Below, one piece after another: positions 37,159 through 50,399 of a stretch of 64,000 bases of DNA. Under the pieces are notes generated by a model, which was not told the DNA's origin, did no database searches, and saw only the letters and a list, made by a program, of their open reading frames with translations. The position numbers and the translations under genes are program-made. Every line of letters starts with the position of its first letter. Within the stretch, counting starts at the first letter, position 1. Source of the stretch: Felis catus (taxonomy: Eukaryota); assembly GCF_018350175.1 (NCBI RefSeq), contig NC_058368.1, positions 2,666,001 through 2,730,000 of the forward strand, given 5' to 3'.

Positions 37159-40152
37159 GCCTTCTACTTTTCCTAGTAGAGAATCTGTCCTGTGACTATT
37201 CGTTGAGTGACTATATGAATGAGTTATTACATGTAAGTGTTGTTTAAATATTTTAACTCTTCCTGGTAGGAATTTTAAGATTTGATGTCTGATACTGGCT
37301 GACTTAGATGTATGATCTGGACACAGAAGTATATTGTATCCTAGATCTGAACAGCATGAATTAGCTGGGCACAACCTTGAAAGGCTGCAGATACAAGCTT
37401 TGTATTGTCTCAAACCTAGAATCCTAGCAAATCTTAAAATAACCAATGAGCGTGATGCCCCCAATGGAGTTCCCAACTACTATGGAAGGAATCCATCAAG
37501 GGCCTGAAGTCTTGGTAAGGTGCATTTGATTTCCCTACCAGTGAGTGATAGAGAAAGCCCTTTTTTTTTCATAATATTAAATCATTACAGGTTCAACCAC
37601 TTTAAAATCTTATTCTGCTCTTTGAAATTTTTAGGCTAGGCTACTGCCAGGCAACTGGCAGATTTGTCCCTGAATCTACTAGAGGTTCAAAGAACCATCT
37701 TTTGTTGGACTTCAGTCTCGAAGGAGACCCATGTGAACCGTATCGATTTGTGTTCCCCACTGAAGGCTTTGGGAACCTTAAGGGACACATGCAGTCATGA
37801 TCATTGTTCCTGCTTCCTGGAACACATTACATGTTTGGATATCTGTCAGTTGACTACATCTTCATCATAGTGTTTCCAATCACAGATTTACCTCCGTGAG
37901 TAATATTTTTATCTTATTTACATGAATGTTAATTATTAGCTTTGTGTAGTGAGGGGCAACTCATATTAAAATAAATGTAATCCTGACTCTGATGTCAACT
38001 ATATCTCATTGCTTTTTTTTCTTTTTTTTTTTTTTTTAGCAGAGGTAACTACTCTGATATGCTCCCAGATAATTTCCTCCATATAATTCAAAGTCGTCTC
38101 GGAGATGTACAAAACATGACAGTTTCCATGCTTCTCCCTTTGCAATCACTTTCTGTCCAATTATAATAGTCTATTTTAGCTTCTCATTTTCCTGAATTTA
38201 TACTAAAGGCTAGTAAGTCACTGTTTAAAATGAAGATCAAGGATTTAAAAAAAATCATTAATTATTAATTATTATTATTATTAGAGTATACCTTAAATGC
38301 CGTGGAGAAGGTATTTCTGAACACTGAAAGAAAATGAATTCATTACAACTGCTGTGTGGGAGGGAAAGATTAGCATCTTACCCTTTTAGGCTGGATCCCA
38401 CTTTTGCCAAGACTTGGCAATGAGCACCTGGCCTGCTGTGGAGAAGGCCAAATCTGGGCCGTCTTGGGATGCTTTCTCGGGGCTACTGATTTCAAGGGTG
38501 ATTTGGGCCATCCTAACAGTTCCACAACTCTCTAGCTGGTACTACCCTTCAGGAGAGGACACTTTTAAAATACAGGTCCTTGCAAACATTTTACCCAGAA
38601 ACACTTGACTTCTGGGTTAAGTTGCAAGGGGACCATTTTTTGCTGCAGGTATGATGCAGAAGAAAAAAATCCAAAGTTATATTGAGGCTTAATTGAATCT
38701 AAATGCGTCAGCTAGGCAGGTGAGGAGAACTGCTCCCATGTTATATGGAGAGGAATTTGGGGGTGTGTGGAGATGAGTTGGTTGGTGGGGACATTAACTG
38801 TGTCTACTTAAGCTTTATTTTTATTTTGTTTCCATTTTCAAACCAAGAAAAAAATGAAGAGAAGTTAGTAATGGAAAGTAGCTTCAAGTTCCCAGAAATG
38901 AACTGCATTTTTAATATTCTTTCTCTATTTTTTGGTCACAAGCTTTTTTTTTTTTTTTTTTTTTTTTTGTGATCAAATGAAAATGAGTGGTGTAGTTCAT
39001 TAGCTCAGCCAGTAGAGGGGAATGACGCCTCTAACCGCTCATTAGCATGTGCAACTACTTCTCCAAATCACTTTCTCGTGCTCCAGTGTGGTAATAGTGC
39101 AGCTTTGTGAATACGTGATCTCAAGAGAGCCCAGGGCCAGTGATATACGGTGAGGTGACCTTCAGTTTCTAGACTGTGCTCCTATAACTTCCCTCTTTTC
39201 GTGGCTGCCTCTGACTTCTGTCTCTACTTCTGTGTCTCTGTTGCTGCATTCTTGTCCTTCTTTCTCTGTCTTCACCTCTTGGTAAATTCTTGGTATGTCT
39301 GGTACTGACCCTTTCTGTGCCCATTAAACCTAGAAAATTCCTAGGTACTTCTTTTTTCTAGAACACTGATTTTCATCAGGACTTTGTTCACAGATGAAAA
39401 ATACTAGAGTATTGTCATTTAGTAAACCACCTATTGACCTCAGATGGTTATTTGTATTTAAGTCCAGAATTTGTATTTAGTCCACAGTTTTCTAGACAGT
39501 GAAGACCAGACTGCCTCAAGTTTGTAGAATTTATCTATCGCTTATACCATTTGTACCACTGTCCTGACTTTAAAGTTCAACAAATTTGTGGGAGACAAGT
39601 CTCTAGAGTGTGAAATATTGCATCGTATTTCTAATATTCTGACATTGCTTCTACTTTTCATGAAGGTGTGTGTTTGAATGAACGTTTTGATTTTGATTTT
39701 ACTGAGGGAAAGTTCTTTTCCATTACTAGGCTATTATGGTGTTGAATAGGTCCTCATTGGGCTGAATATTTGCTCAAAGTACATTCTCCTAGTGTCAGGT
39801 TTAGGAGAAATTGTGAATTATAGCCTCCAATAAAATTTGGCACCGGATTCCATCTTTTACTTAACAAATCTACATGGAAGTTTGGATTAGTATTTAATAA
39901 AAATTGGTTTGGACGATATGGATCCTCCCTCCGATCAACTAGTTGATTGAGACAACAAGCAAGCATGTACCATTCAATTGGTAGATAATGGTATAAATCA
40001 TTTCTATTTCTTAAAAACTAGTCACCAAGAATCCTACACCTCTATAGACAATTTCAATTGGTCAAAAAGTGTCCTACTGGGATTTATTCCTGGGATGTAA
40101 GGTTGTGCAAATTAATGAATGTGATACACCACATCAAGAGAATGAAAGATGA

Positions 40153-40380
40153 GGGGCGCCTGGGTGGTGCAGTCGGTTAAGCATCCGACTTCAGCCAGGT
40201 CACGATCTCGTGGTCCGTGAGTTCGAGCCCCGCGTCGGGCTCTGGGCTGATGGCTCAGAGCCTGGAGCCTGCTTCCGATTCTGTGTCTCCCTCTCTCTCT
40301 GCCCCTCCCCCGTTCATGCTCTATCTCTCTCTGTCTCAAAAATAAATAAACGTTAAAAAAAAAAATTAAAAAAAAAAAAA
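40153..40380 (+). mobile_element. Young SINEC_Fc
   Basis: ttcagccaggtcacgatc variant; 14-bp TSD agaatgaaagatga at 40139-40152 and 40381-40394; long A tail. Confidence 0.97.
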
Positions 40381-41439
40381 AGAATGAAAGATGAAAACCA
40401 TGTAATTATCTCAACAGATGCAGAAAAAGCATTTGGAAAAGTTCAACATCCATTCATGATTAAAACCTCTCAAAAAACAGGCATAAAAGGAAATTTCCTC
40501 AACCTAATAAAAGCCATTCATGAAAAGCCTACAGCTAACATCAAAATCAATGGGGAAAAATTAGAGCTCTCCTGTAGGATTTGGTACAAGACAAGGATGC
40601 CCACTCTCACCACTTCTTTTTAACATAGGATTGGAAATACCATAAGAACAATCAGAAAACAAAAGAAGGCATGTGAGTTGGAAAGGAAGAAGTAAAATTA
40701 TTTGTTTGCAGATGATATGATTCTATGTGTAGAAAATCCTAAAGATTCCACAGAAAAACTGTTAGAACTAATAAATGAATTTAGTAAAGTTATGGGATGC
40801 AAAATCAACATACAAAAATTAGTTGCATTTCTTTACATCAGCAAAGATCTATCTGAGGAGGAAATCAGGAAAGTGATCCTATTTATGATAGCACTAAAAT
40901 ATGAAGCAAGCAAACTTTAAAAAAATAAAATAAACCCATGGCTGAGAAGACAAAAAAAAAAAAAAAAGATAAAATACTTAGGGATAAATTAAATCAGGAG
41001 GTGAACAGTCTACACTGAAGACTATAAGACATTAGTGAAAGAAATTAAAGGAGACAAAAATAAATGGAAATATAGCCTATGTTCATGGATTGGAAGAGTT
41101 AGTATTGTTAAAAGGTTCATAACACTCCATGTATGTGTACATATACAGTGGAACAGAATAGAGACCCCAGAAATAAGTCCAAGCATACATGATTAAGCAG
41201 TTTTAGATAAGGGCACTAGGTGAACACAATGAGGAAAGGAAATCTCCGCAATAAATGGTGCTGGGAAGACTGGATATCCATATGCAAAAGAATGAGATCG
41301 AAAGCTTATCTTTCACCATGTACAAAAATCAACTCAAAATGGATTAAAGACTTAAACATAAGACCTAGAACCACAAAACTCATAGTAGAAAATAAGGAAA
41401 AAGCTACTTGACATCGGTTGTGGCAATGAATTTTTTTTA

Positions 41440-41636
41440 GCCACTTATTTATTTATTTATTTAGTGCACAAGCAGGAGAGGGGCAGAAAGAGGAGAGAGA
41501 GAGAGAATCTCAAGCAGGCTCCATGCTGTCAGCTTGGAGCCACAGGACTAGATCCCACAAACTGAACCTTGAGATCATGACTTGAGTCCAAAATCAAGAG
41601 TGGTAGGCTGAACTGACTGAGCCACCCAGATGCCCC
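41440..41636 (-). mobile_element. CAN-SINE (older)
   Basis: SINE body flanked by caatga(a/c)ttttttt. Confidence 0.9.
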
Positions 41637-42236
41637 ACAATGACTTTTTTTAAGGTACAATACCAAAGCATGGGCAACAAAAGCAAAAACAAACAAGTGA
41701 GACTACATCAAAGGCATGTCCATCAATGGATGAATGGATGAATAAAATGTGAGCTATATATACACACAATGGACTGCCCCTCAACTTCATAAAAAGAGAT
41801 TCTGCAATTTGAAACCACATAGATGAACCTGGAGAACACTATGCTAAGTGAAATAAGCCAGACCCCACAGAAAGAAATAAAACTGCATGATCTCACTGAT
41901 GTGTGGCAATGCTGAAAATATAGAAGCAGAGATAGTATGGTGGTTACCAGAAGTGGGGAGATGGAAGAAATGGGGGATGTTGGTCAAGGGTACAAAGTTG
42001 CAGTTAAAAAAGATGAATGTCCAGAGATTTAGAGTACAACACGAGTATAGTTAATACTGTTGTCTTGAGTACTGGAACTTTGCTAAGAGAGTAGATTTCA
42101 GGTGCTTTCAATCATCCATAGTAAATGGTAACTATTCGAGGAGAAGGTATGTTAATTAGCTTGACTATAATGATTTTTTATCATGTATATGTACATTAAG
42201 CCAACATGTCGCTCACCTTAAAAATAGACCACTTCT

Positions 42237-42465
42237 GGGGCACCTGGGTGGCTCAGTCGGTTAAGCATCCGACCCTTGGTTTTGGCTCAGGTCGTGATCA
42301 CATGGTTCGTGGGATCGAGCCCCGTGTCAGGCTCCACGCTGACCACACGGAGGATGCTTGGGATTCTCTCTTTTCCTCTCTCTCTGCCCCTCCCCTGCTC
42401 ACGCACACACACACACACACACACACTCTCAAAATAAATAAATAAACTTAAAAAAAGACACCTTT
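42237..42465 (+). mobile_element. CAN-SINE with (CA)n
   Basis: ggggcacctgggtggctcagtcggttaagc head. Confidence 0.95.
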
Positions 42466-45400
42466 TATTAAAAAAATAAAATAAAAATTTAGAAAGAGGG
42501 GTCAAATGTAATAAATAGAAGAGTACATGAAGATTTGGTTTACAGCAAACTTTGTTTAAAATGTCATGGCACAGTCTTACATTATGTTTAGGGTCATGGT
42601 GCGGGAAGTCAGTCTGGGAAAGGTGAGGAAGCTCATCACACTGAGTTATGGATTACACCACAGAAAGGGGAAGGGCAGCCACTCTGCCATGTGGCTGCTA
42701 TGGGCCAACACCATGTGAGAAGTGTTGCAAATGCCACCTTGTGCTGTACGTGTTGGAGTGTGGAACCCTCAGGGAGGCTGGGGGCGGGGTGGTGGGCAGG
42801 GGTAGGCAGGGCCACCATTATTACACAAATGAGAAAACCAAGGCTGAGAAGGGCTAGGTCACTTTTCTTTTGTTGGGCTGCTGGTCAATGACAGAGCCAA
42901 GATGCATACCCACCTTGGTCTGAAACCTGAGCTATTCACTTCCTTCTCCACACCAGGCTGCCTCCCAGACCCTATCAGGTAGTTCTTGTGATCCCTGCAT
43001 GGCTGTGTGCGTGGCATTGTTCGTCTGAATTGACTGTTCTTTTTGAACTTTCCTCTCTGAGCAATGTTCTTTTCTCGCACGTCTTAAATCATTTTGTTCT
43101 ATTTACAAATTCCGAGATGGAGGCAATCTTGAATAAGAATCGCAAGTGAAATTAGTTTTCATTTTCTGCTTTGAAAGAGGAGGTGGATTCTTTCACCGCG
43201 AGATCATATCCAGGGCGTTCAGTGGTAAGACCGGGCCAAGGTTCTTCAAGTTACCGGGGGTCCCGGTGTGCTCCAGGAATCAAAGCACGCTGAGAATTAC
43301 AGGGTGTGGGGGAGAAGTACACGTGAAAGGGCTACCAAATCAGATAGACGAGACCTCCTACAATTATCGGGGTGGGTCCAGATTTGAGGACTCCTGCTTG
43401 GCAAGGTAGAGTAAAAAATGTGTTTATTAAGAGACGAGCTGTGGAGCATAAATGGATGTTGAAATAGACCAGAACCAGGCCCACCAGCAGACAGCCATAA
43501 AAATTAAGGTTACAAAACAGAACACACACTTTGCCCTGCTCCTCTGTCTCTGAACTCAGGGTCAGGCCCTGGCCTGAACCTCTTTTCCCAGCTGGTGTTT
43601 GCTTCATTCCAAGCAGGCTTCCTAGGTTTCTCTTCCCAGTCGAGGCTAAGCCAAGGTGTCATTTCTCACCATCTCTTTTAGAATATTTATTTCACATTAT
43701 TTGTGTGTGGGATGGCTGCCTTTGAGTTTTTCTAGACAAGATACAGACCCCTTTTTGACGTCCTTGACTTGCTGGGAGGAGGACCTAGGAGAGCAGTCGG
43801 GAGGTGGGGACAGAGCGGGGAAAGGGTTAGGATCGCCTGAATGCTGACTGGAACTCTGATCCGGGAGACCTCAAGAAGATTTTGCTCCAACCCCCTACAC
43901 CTCACCTCTTCCTCCCACAAATAATTAATGAAACTTTTTGAAGGGTGTCTTCACTCCAGCTCCATCCAAACAAGAAGAATGAATATTTGCTTGTTCTCTG
44001 CACTGAGAAGCACCTCACTCAATCCAGACGAGAAGAAATAGCTAAGAATTCGGTGCCATAGGACTCCCGGATCACGTACCGTGGATGCAGGGCAAAGGCT
44101 CCTGACAGACAAGGGTCATTTTGCGGACGCAGTTCATGCCTGGCTTTGCCAAAATTAGTCATGGCTCCTACAAGTTTCCACTCTTGCGGGGTCTTTGTGC
44201 TTGCATGCCAAAAGGGTAGTTTGAGTTTTAGGAATTCTGTTTGCCCATCAAGATGATTCAAGTTAAATTTCCCCACTTCCATCATTTTCTATGGCATGTC
44301 GAATGTCATGGAGTTTTTCATGCTTCCCATCATAATACGTACAGAACCTTAAATGTGGTAACGCCATTAAGTCCTTAAGGTTTCCTAAGATAGAGATAAT
44401 TGTAGAGGAATTAATTGTTAATGAAAGAATTAAAGTTCATGAGGCCTTCTTCATGATAGTAGATGGCACTTAGGGTGTTGAATAGACGACTTTATACTGT
44501 AAAGGTGTCACCTGGGTGTGAAGTCTTTTTCAACCAGCAATATTAACTTATGGGTATGGAATGAAACACAGAGGCATCCTCCATATACAACAATTCATTT
44601 TTATCAGTGGCCCTTCAAAGGACTCTCCACAAATTCAAGGTCAGAGTTAGTCCTGGAGAAGCCAGGTAGAAATCAAGGGAAACGAAGACAAGTAAGTATG
44701 AACTTTGTTTTCTGTACTTGTGAATATTTAGGCAAGGTAAATACAGGAGGTCGTGCAATTTAGCCCCAATTTGCTGTTCTACCTTTTTAGCAGAAAAAGC
44801 GAGAAGAGGAGGAGGAATAATAATTTTCCTCTATTTTTTTTTTATGGCAGCTATAAATGTCTTCATAAATAGGGCACCTGTTCAAAGGAATTTTTTCTTG
44901 TATGTAATGCTAGAGTGATTAAGCCAATGGAAAAATCTAGGAAGAATGAAAGTCCAAGATTTGATACTTTCTGGGGAGGAGGTTGAACAGGCAGTGAGTG
45001 ATCTTTTTAATTTTAATCCCTTGCAATTTTGCCATTCACCAAAAATCCTTTTCTAGTAATGAGAAACACATTAGGAAAAAGATGTGATGTTTAGTCTGCT
45101 TGCTGATATTTGGTCCCAAACGGTCCAGCACTTATGGAAACTTTAACAAAATATCTGTCACAACTGATCTCTGTGTATGTGGCTCAGTGATGCTTCCTAG
45201 TGCAGTAAAGGCCTAGATGTTTACCAGGGCCTTAGTTTTCTTGGGAGTGAAATTCAATGGGAAAGGAAATTGGAGTTTCTAAGTTTATATTGGGACATAC
45301 ACCCCTTGTACTGATTGAGGTCCATGATTTGGAGAAGCATGCAAAGACCCTTTCACATTCAGAATTTGGAAAAACATGTTGCTGTTTTTAAACTAGTTAG

Positions 45401-45474
45401 TTATTTCCTTTCCTCTCTCTCTCCCTGGCCCTTCTCTTCAACATTTCATTGCTTCCTTTCCATCTTCTTTCCTC

Positions 45475-45500
45475 CCATCCATCCATCCATCCATCCATCC
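45475..45500 (+). repeat. (CCAT)6 microsatellite
   Basis: Direct count of units. Confidence 0.9.
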
Positions 45501-45609
45501 AAGTAATGGGATCTATGTAACTGCTTAAGTTACTTTTTACTTAGTTTAGCTGGTAGAAAGCTTTGAATTAAGCTCTAGGCTTAATTTCTGTCATAAAAAT
45601 GGAAATTAT

Positions 45610-45830
45610 GAACTAACATTTATTGAGCCCTTACTAGGTCTCTGTTGAGGTGCTAAGTAAACACTTGACATAATCCTTTCATTTAATCCTTATAACTGCC
45701 CTACAGAGTAGCTACCGATAGAATCCTTATTTCCCAGATGAGAACGCTGAGGTTCACCGAGGCACTTGGCTTGTGTAGGTGACAGCTAGTTAGTGGTGGA
45801 CCCTTGTTCAAATCCAGGCAGTCCATCCCA
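45610..45830 (-). mobile_element. MIR
   Basis: aacatttattgagc...tcatttaatcct...cagatgagaacgctgaggttca. Confidence 0.8.
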
Positions 45831-46368
45831 GATCCTATACTTATAATATTCCATGAGACTGTCACCTGCTACCTGTTCTAGCCCAGGTCTTCTGTTACAA
45901 TATCTTCGTTTTGTAGCCTGGTTCTTTTATTCTTATTTAACAAGCGAATTTTAAAGCCTCATTTGTTGTAAAGTGCTTCAAAGTAGCTTTAAAATCAGCT
46001 GTGATATAAATAATTAAGAGAAATAGAATAACTATTATTGACACATAAGTTTAATGTTTACCTCACCTGGCTGGTATACCCTCTCTCTTTTTTAGTCTTT
46101 CAGGTACTGTCTCCTTTTCTTAGTATGAATTTCTACATGGAGCTCCTTCCTACTTCTCTATGATAAAGCTTTATCATTAAAAATGATTTTTTAAAGAAAT
46201 GATCATGAAATGTAAATGTTTTAAAAGATACCTATGTAACCATTTCTCAGATGGTAGATGTGAATATATATACATAGTGTAAGGTCATACCTATGTATGT
46301 ATACACACACACACACACACTCACACACCTGTATGTTTCAGATTTATCATTAAAAATAAATAAAATTT

Positions 46369-46560
46369 GGGTCATCTGCGTGGCTCATTGGTTGAACATC
46401 TAACTCTTGATTTTGGCTCAGGTCATGATCCCAGGGTTGTGGGATTCAGTTCTCAGTTGGGATCATGTTGAGCCTGGAGCCAGCTTGAGATTCTCTCTCT
46501 CTCTCTCTCTCTCTCTCCCCCTCTGCCCCTCTGCCCAGTTTTCACACAATCTCTCTCTAA

Positions 46561-46595
<35 letters not shown>

Positions 46596-46600
46596 AAAAT
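46369..46600 (+). mobile_element. CAN-SINE (degenerate) with (CT)n and (AATC)n tail
   Basis: tggctcattggttgaacatct...ttggctcaggtcatgatc. Confidence 0.9.
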
Positions 46601-46624
46601 TTAAAGATATATATTTTAAAAATA

Positions 46625-46642
46625 TTTTTAAAGTTTATTTAT

Positions 46643-46683
<41 letters not shown>

Positions 46684-46838
46684 ACAAACAGAGGAGGGGC
46701 AGAGAGAGAAGGAGAGAGAGAATTCCAAGCAGGCTCTACACCTTCAGTGCAGAGCCCAATGTGGGGCTCGATCTCACAAACTGTGAGATCATGAGTTGAA
46801 ATAAAGAGTCAGACGCTCAACCTCCTGAGCCACCCAGG
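46625..46838 (-). mobile_element. CAN-SINE with (GA)n
   Basis: SINE body in reverse orientation, tail-to-tail with the previous SINE. Confidence 0.9.
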
Positions 46839-48978
46839 AGGGTGCTTTGTGCTTTTCCACTTGTAAGTATATATCTACAAACAATATATACTGTTTTTAT
46901 GCTTTACAATGTACATAAATGATGCCATATTATTTTGTAACTCACTTTTTTCATCAATATGTTTTGAAATATATTTATGTAAATATTATTCATTTATTTA
47001 AACTTCTGTATAATATTCCATAATATTAATAAACATTTTATTTCTCTATTTCCCCTCTGACGAACAGATCGTTTTGCTGTTATGGATGACACTGCAGCCG
47101 ACGTTGTGTGCATTTCTGATCGGTGATGTATGAGAGCATTTAGGGTAGATAACCTGAGTGAAATTGTATCTTACAGTATGTGGTCATCTTTAACTTTGAC
47201 CTGGCCAAATGGCTTTATAAGCATAGGCAAAGCTTATGTTATTGTATTTTGTTTTATTGTGTTTCGCGCTTACAACCCCCCCCCCTTTTTTTTAATTGAA
47301 GGTTTATGGCAACCCAGCACTGAGCAAGCCTATCAACACCATTTTTCCTACAGATTTTGCTCACTTTGGGTCTCCGTGTCAAATGTTGGTAATTCTTGCA
47401 ATATTTTCAACTTTTTCATTATGATTATATTTGTTGTGACAATCTGTGATCAGTGGTCTTTGATGTTACTGCTGTAATTGTTTACAGGGACATTAGCCAA
47501 GTTGTGAATGCAAAGGAACAATTTCTGAAGGAAATTAAAAGTGCTCCTCCAGTGAACACACCGGTGACAAAAAATGAGACAGATTTCTTGTTGGTATGGA
47601 TAAAGTTTGAGTGGTCCATATAGAAGACTGATCCAGCCACAACCCTCCCTTAAGTCAAAGCCTCATCCAGAGCAAGGCTGTAACTGTCCTCAATTCTGTG
47701 AAGGCTGACAGAGGTGAGGAAGCCACAGAAGAAAAGTTTGCAGGTACAGGGGTTGGTTTGTGAGGTTTAAGGACAGAAGCCGTCTCCACAACATCAAAGT
47801 GCAAGGGGAAGCAGCGAGTGCTAATGCAGAAGCTGCAGGAAGTTAGCCAGAAGATCTAGGTTAGACAATTAATGAAGGTGGCTACACTACATAACAGATT
47901 TTCAATGTAAGTGAATCAGCCTTATGCTGGAAAAAGAGGTCATCTAGGACTTCCATAGCTGGAGAGGAGAAGTCATAGCTGGAGAGGAGAAGTCAATGTC
48001 TGGATTCAAAGGACAGGCTGTCTTGTTAGGGGCTAACACAGCTGGTGACTCAAAATTGAAGCCAATGCTCATGGCCATTCTAAAAATCCTACATAACGAT
48101 GCTGTATCTACTCTTTCTGTGCTCTATAAATGGAACAACAAAGCCTGAATAACAGCACATCTGTTCACAACATAGCTTACTGAGTATTTCTAAGCCCACT
48201 ACTCAGAAAAAAGAAAAAGATTTTTCCCCCCAAATATTGCTGCCCACTGACAATGCACTTGGTCACCTAAGAGCTCTGGTGGAGATGTACAATGAGAGTA
48301 ATGTCTTCATGCCTGCTGACACAACATCCCTCCTGTAGCCCATGGATTGAGGGGTACTTTTGACTTTCAAGTATTTAAGAGATACATTTCATAAACCTAC
48401 AGTTGCCATAGACAGTAAGTCCTTTGATGCAACTGGGCAAAGTACATTGAAAATCTTCTGGAAAGGGCTCACCATTCCAGATGCATTTGTGATTCATGGG
48501 AAGAAGCCAAACTATCAACATTGACAGAAGTACAGTAGATGTTGATTCCAACCATGATGGATGACTTTGAAGGATTCAAGACTTCAGTGGAGGCAGTCAC
48601 TGCAGGTGTGGTGGAAACAGAGAGAGAACCAGAACTAGAAGTGGGACTTGAATGTGGACAGCATTGCTGCAATCTTGTGATAGAACATGAACGGGCGAGG
48701 AGCTGCTTCTCATGGCTGAGCAAAGAACGTGGTTTCTCGAGATGGCATCTGCTCCTGGTGAAGATGCTGTGAAGACTGTTAAAATGACGAGAAAGGATTT
48801 AGAATATTTCGTAAACTTAGCTGATAAAAGAGCAGTGGGGTTTGAGAGGATTGATTCCCATTCCTAAAGAAGTTCCGTGGTGGGTGAAATGCTATCAAAC
48901 AGCATTACACGCTACAGAGAAATCATTTGTGAAAGGACGAGCCGACGGATCCGGCAAATGTCATTGTTGTCTTGTTTT

Positions 48979-49182
48979 TCAACGTTTATTTATTTTTGGG
49001 ACAGAGAGAGACAGAGCATGAACGGGGGAGGGGCAGAGAGAGAGGGAGACACAGAATCGGAAACAGGCTCCAGGCTCTGAGCCATCAGCCCAGAGCCTGA
49101 CGCGGGGCTCGAACTCACAGACCGTGAGATCGTGACCTGGCTGAAGTCGGACGCTTAACCGACTGCGCCACCCAGGCGCCCC
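48979..49182 (-). mobile_element. Young SINEC_Fc inside Tigger1
   Basis: Near-consensus; 14-bp TSD tgttgtcttgtttt at 48965-48978 and 49183-49196. Confidence 0.97.
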
Positions 49183-49349
49183 TGTTGTCTTGTTTTAAAA
49201 AATTGCCACAACCGCTCCAGGCTTTGGCAACCACCACCCTGATTAGTAAGCAGCCATCAACATCAAGGCAAGATCTTCCACCAGCAAAAAGATTACTATC
49301 CACTGAAAACTCAGATAATGGTTAGCAGTTTTTAGCCAAAAAGTATTAC

Positions 49350-49546
49350 AATTTTTTCTTAATGTTCGTTTACTTTTGAGAGAGAGAGACAGAGTGTGGG
49401 CGGGGGAGGGGCAGAGAGAGAGGGAGACACAGAGTCTGAAGCAGGCTCCAGGCCAGAGCCCGACACGGGGCTCAAACCCATGAACCGCAAGATCATGACC
49501 TGAGCCGAAGTTGGACACTTAACTGACTGAGACACCCAGGCACTCC
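49350..49546 (-). mobile_element. CAN-SINE inside Tigger1
   Basis: SINE body with a short internal deletion. Confidence 0.93.
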
Positions 49547-50399
49547 AATAGAGTATTTTTAGTCAAGGTATGTATGTTTTTGTAGACATAATGCTATTGC
49601 ACACTTAGCAGACTACAGTATAGTGTAAATGTAAATTTTATATGCACTGGGAAACCAAAAAATGCATTTGACTGACTAACTTTTGGTGGAACTGAACCTA
49701 CAATATCTCTGAGGTATGCCTGCAGTTGAACCAATTATATTCTAGCAAGTGACATATATCCCATGTTCTGATGCTCTCTTCAACACTTGGTGTTATCAGA
49801 CTTACTAATTCTTTTCAATCAGATGGATGTAAGATGTTACATCTTTATTTTAATGTGTCTTTCCCTGGTTACTAGGGAAAGCTTGAAACATTAAAAAAAC
49901 ATTTATTGGACATTTGGTTTTTCAAGTATTTGAATTCCTTATTCATATCATTTACTCATGGCTGAATTCACTTCATATTGACTAGTCATATTCTTTATAT
50001 ATTCTGGATAAAAATCTTTTCCCGATTACATGGCTTGGGTTCTAAATATCTTCTCTTTCTTGTGGGTCGGTTCTTTACTTTGTAGTGTCGTGTCATACAG
50101 AAGGTTTAATTATTAATACAATCAACTTTATTAATCTTTTCTTTTATGGCTTATGGTTGTGAGGGGGTATTTTGTAAAATAAATTCTTCCCTGCTGCAAT
50201 ATCATAATCTCCTATGCATTTGTACAGTTTTGTTTTTCATTTTCAAATTAAAATGTCCATTTTCAAGTTCTTTCTGGAACTTGTATTAGATGATTGCAAA
50301 AGAACAGCTAAAAGAAGTTCTTTGGAATGAAAATTATAAAAAGGAGAGGAATGACTGATATTACATGTTTTAAGCTTCTAATGTAAATTGGATCTATTC

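Larger units (their letters stand above)
40020..42225 (+). mobile_element. Old L1 fragment (ORF2 RT region to L1MA-type 3' UTR) with deletions and SINE insertions
   Basis: Peptides [49 protein letters not shown]. Confidence 0.9.
47224..49722 (+). mobile_element. Tigger1 (TcMar-Tigger) DNA transposon fossil, internally deleted, with two SINE insertions
   Basis: Right end caatatctctgaggtatgcctg, degenerate left end taggcaaagct; decayed pogo-type transposase sequence (agccaagttgtgaatgcaaaggaa..., peptide PTMMDDFEGFKTSVEAVTA). Confidence 0.92.
46840..50250 (-). mobile_element. L1ME-like relic split by Tigger1
   Basis: ggccaaatggcttta (47203) continues as gttgaaccaattatat...caacacttggtgttatcagac (49725), matching contiguous old L1 sequence. 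Confidence 0.6.

Noticed and set aside
43146..43409. 87-aa ORF ending near a donor-like AAG|gtagag
   Set aside because: No clear acceptor, weak donor, no recognisable product
47490..48960. Transposase-like peptides as a domesticated gene
   Set aside because: Multiple stops, frameshifts and an apparently missing N terminus; a standard Tigger1 fossil
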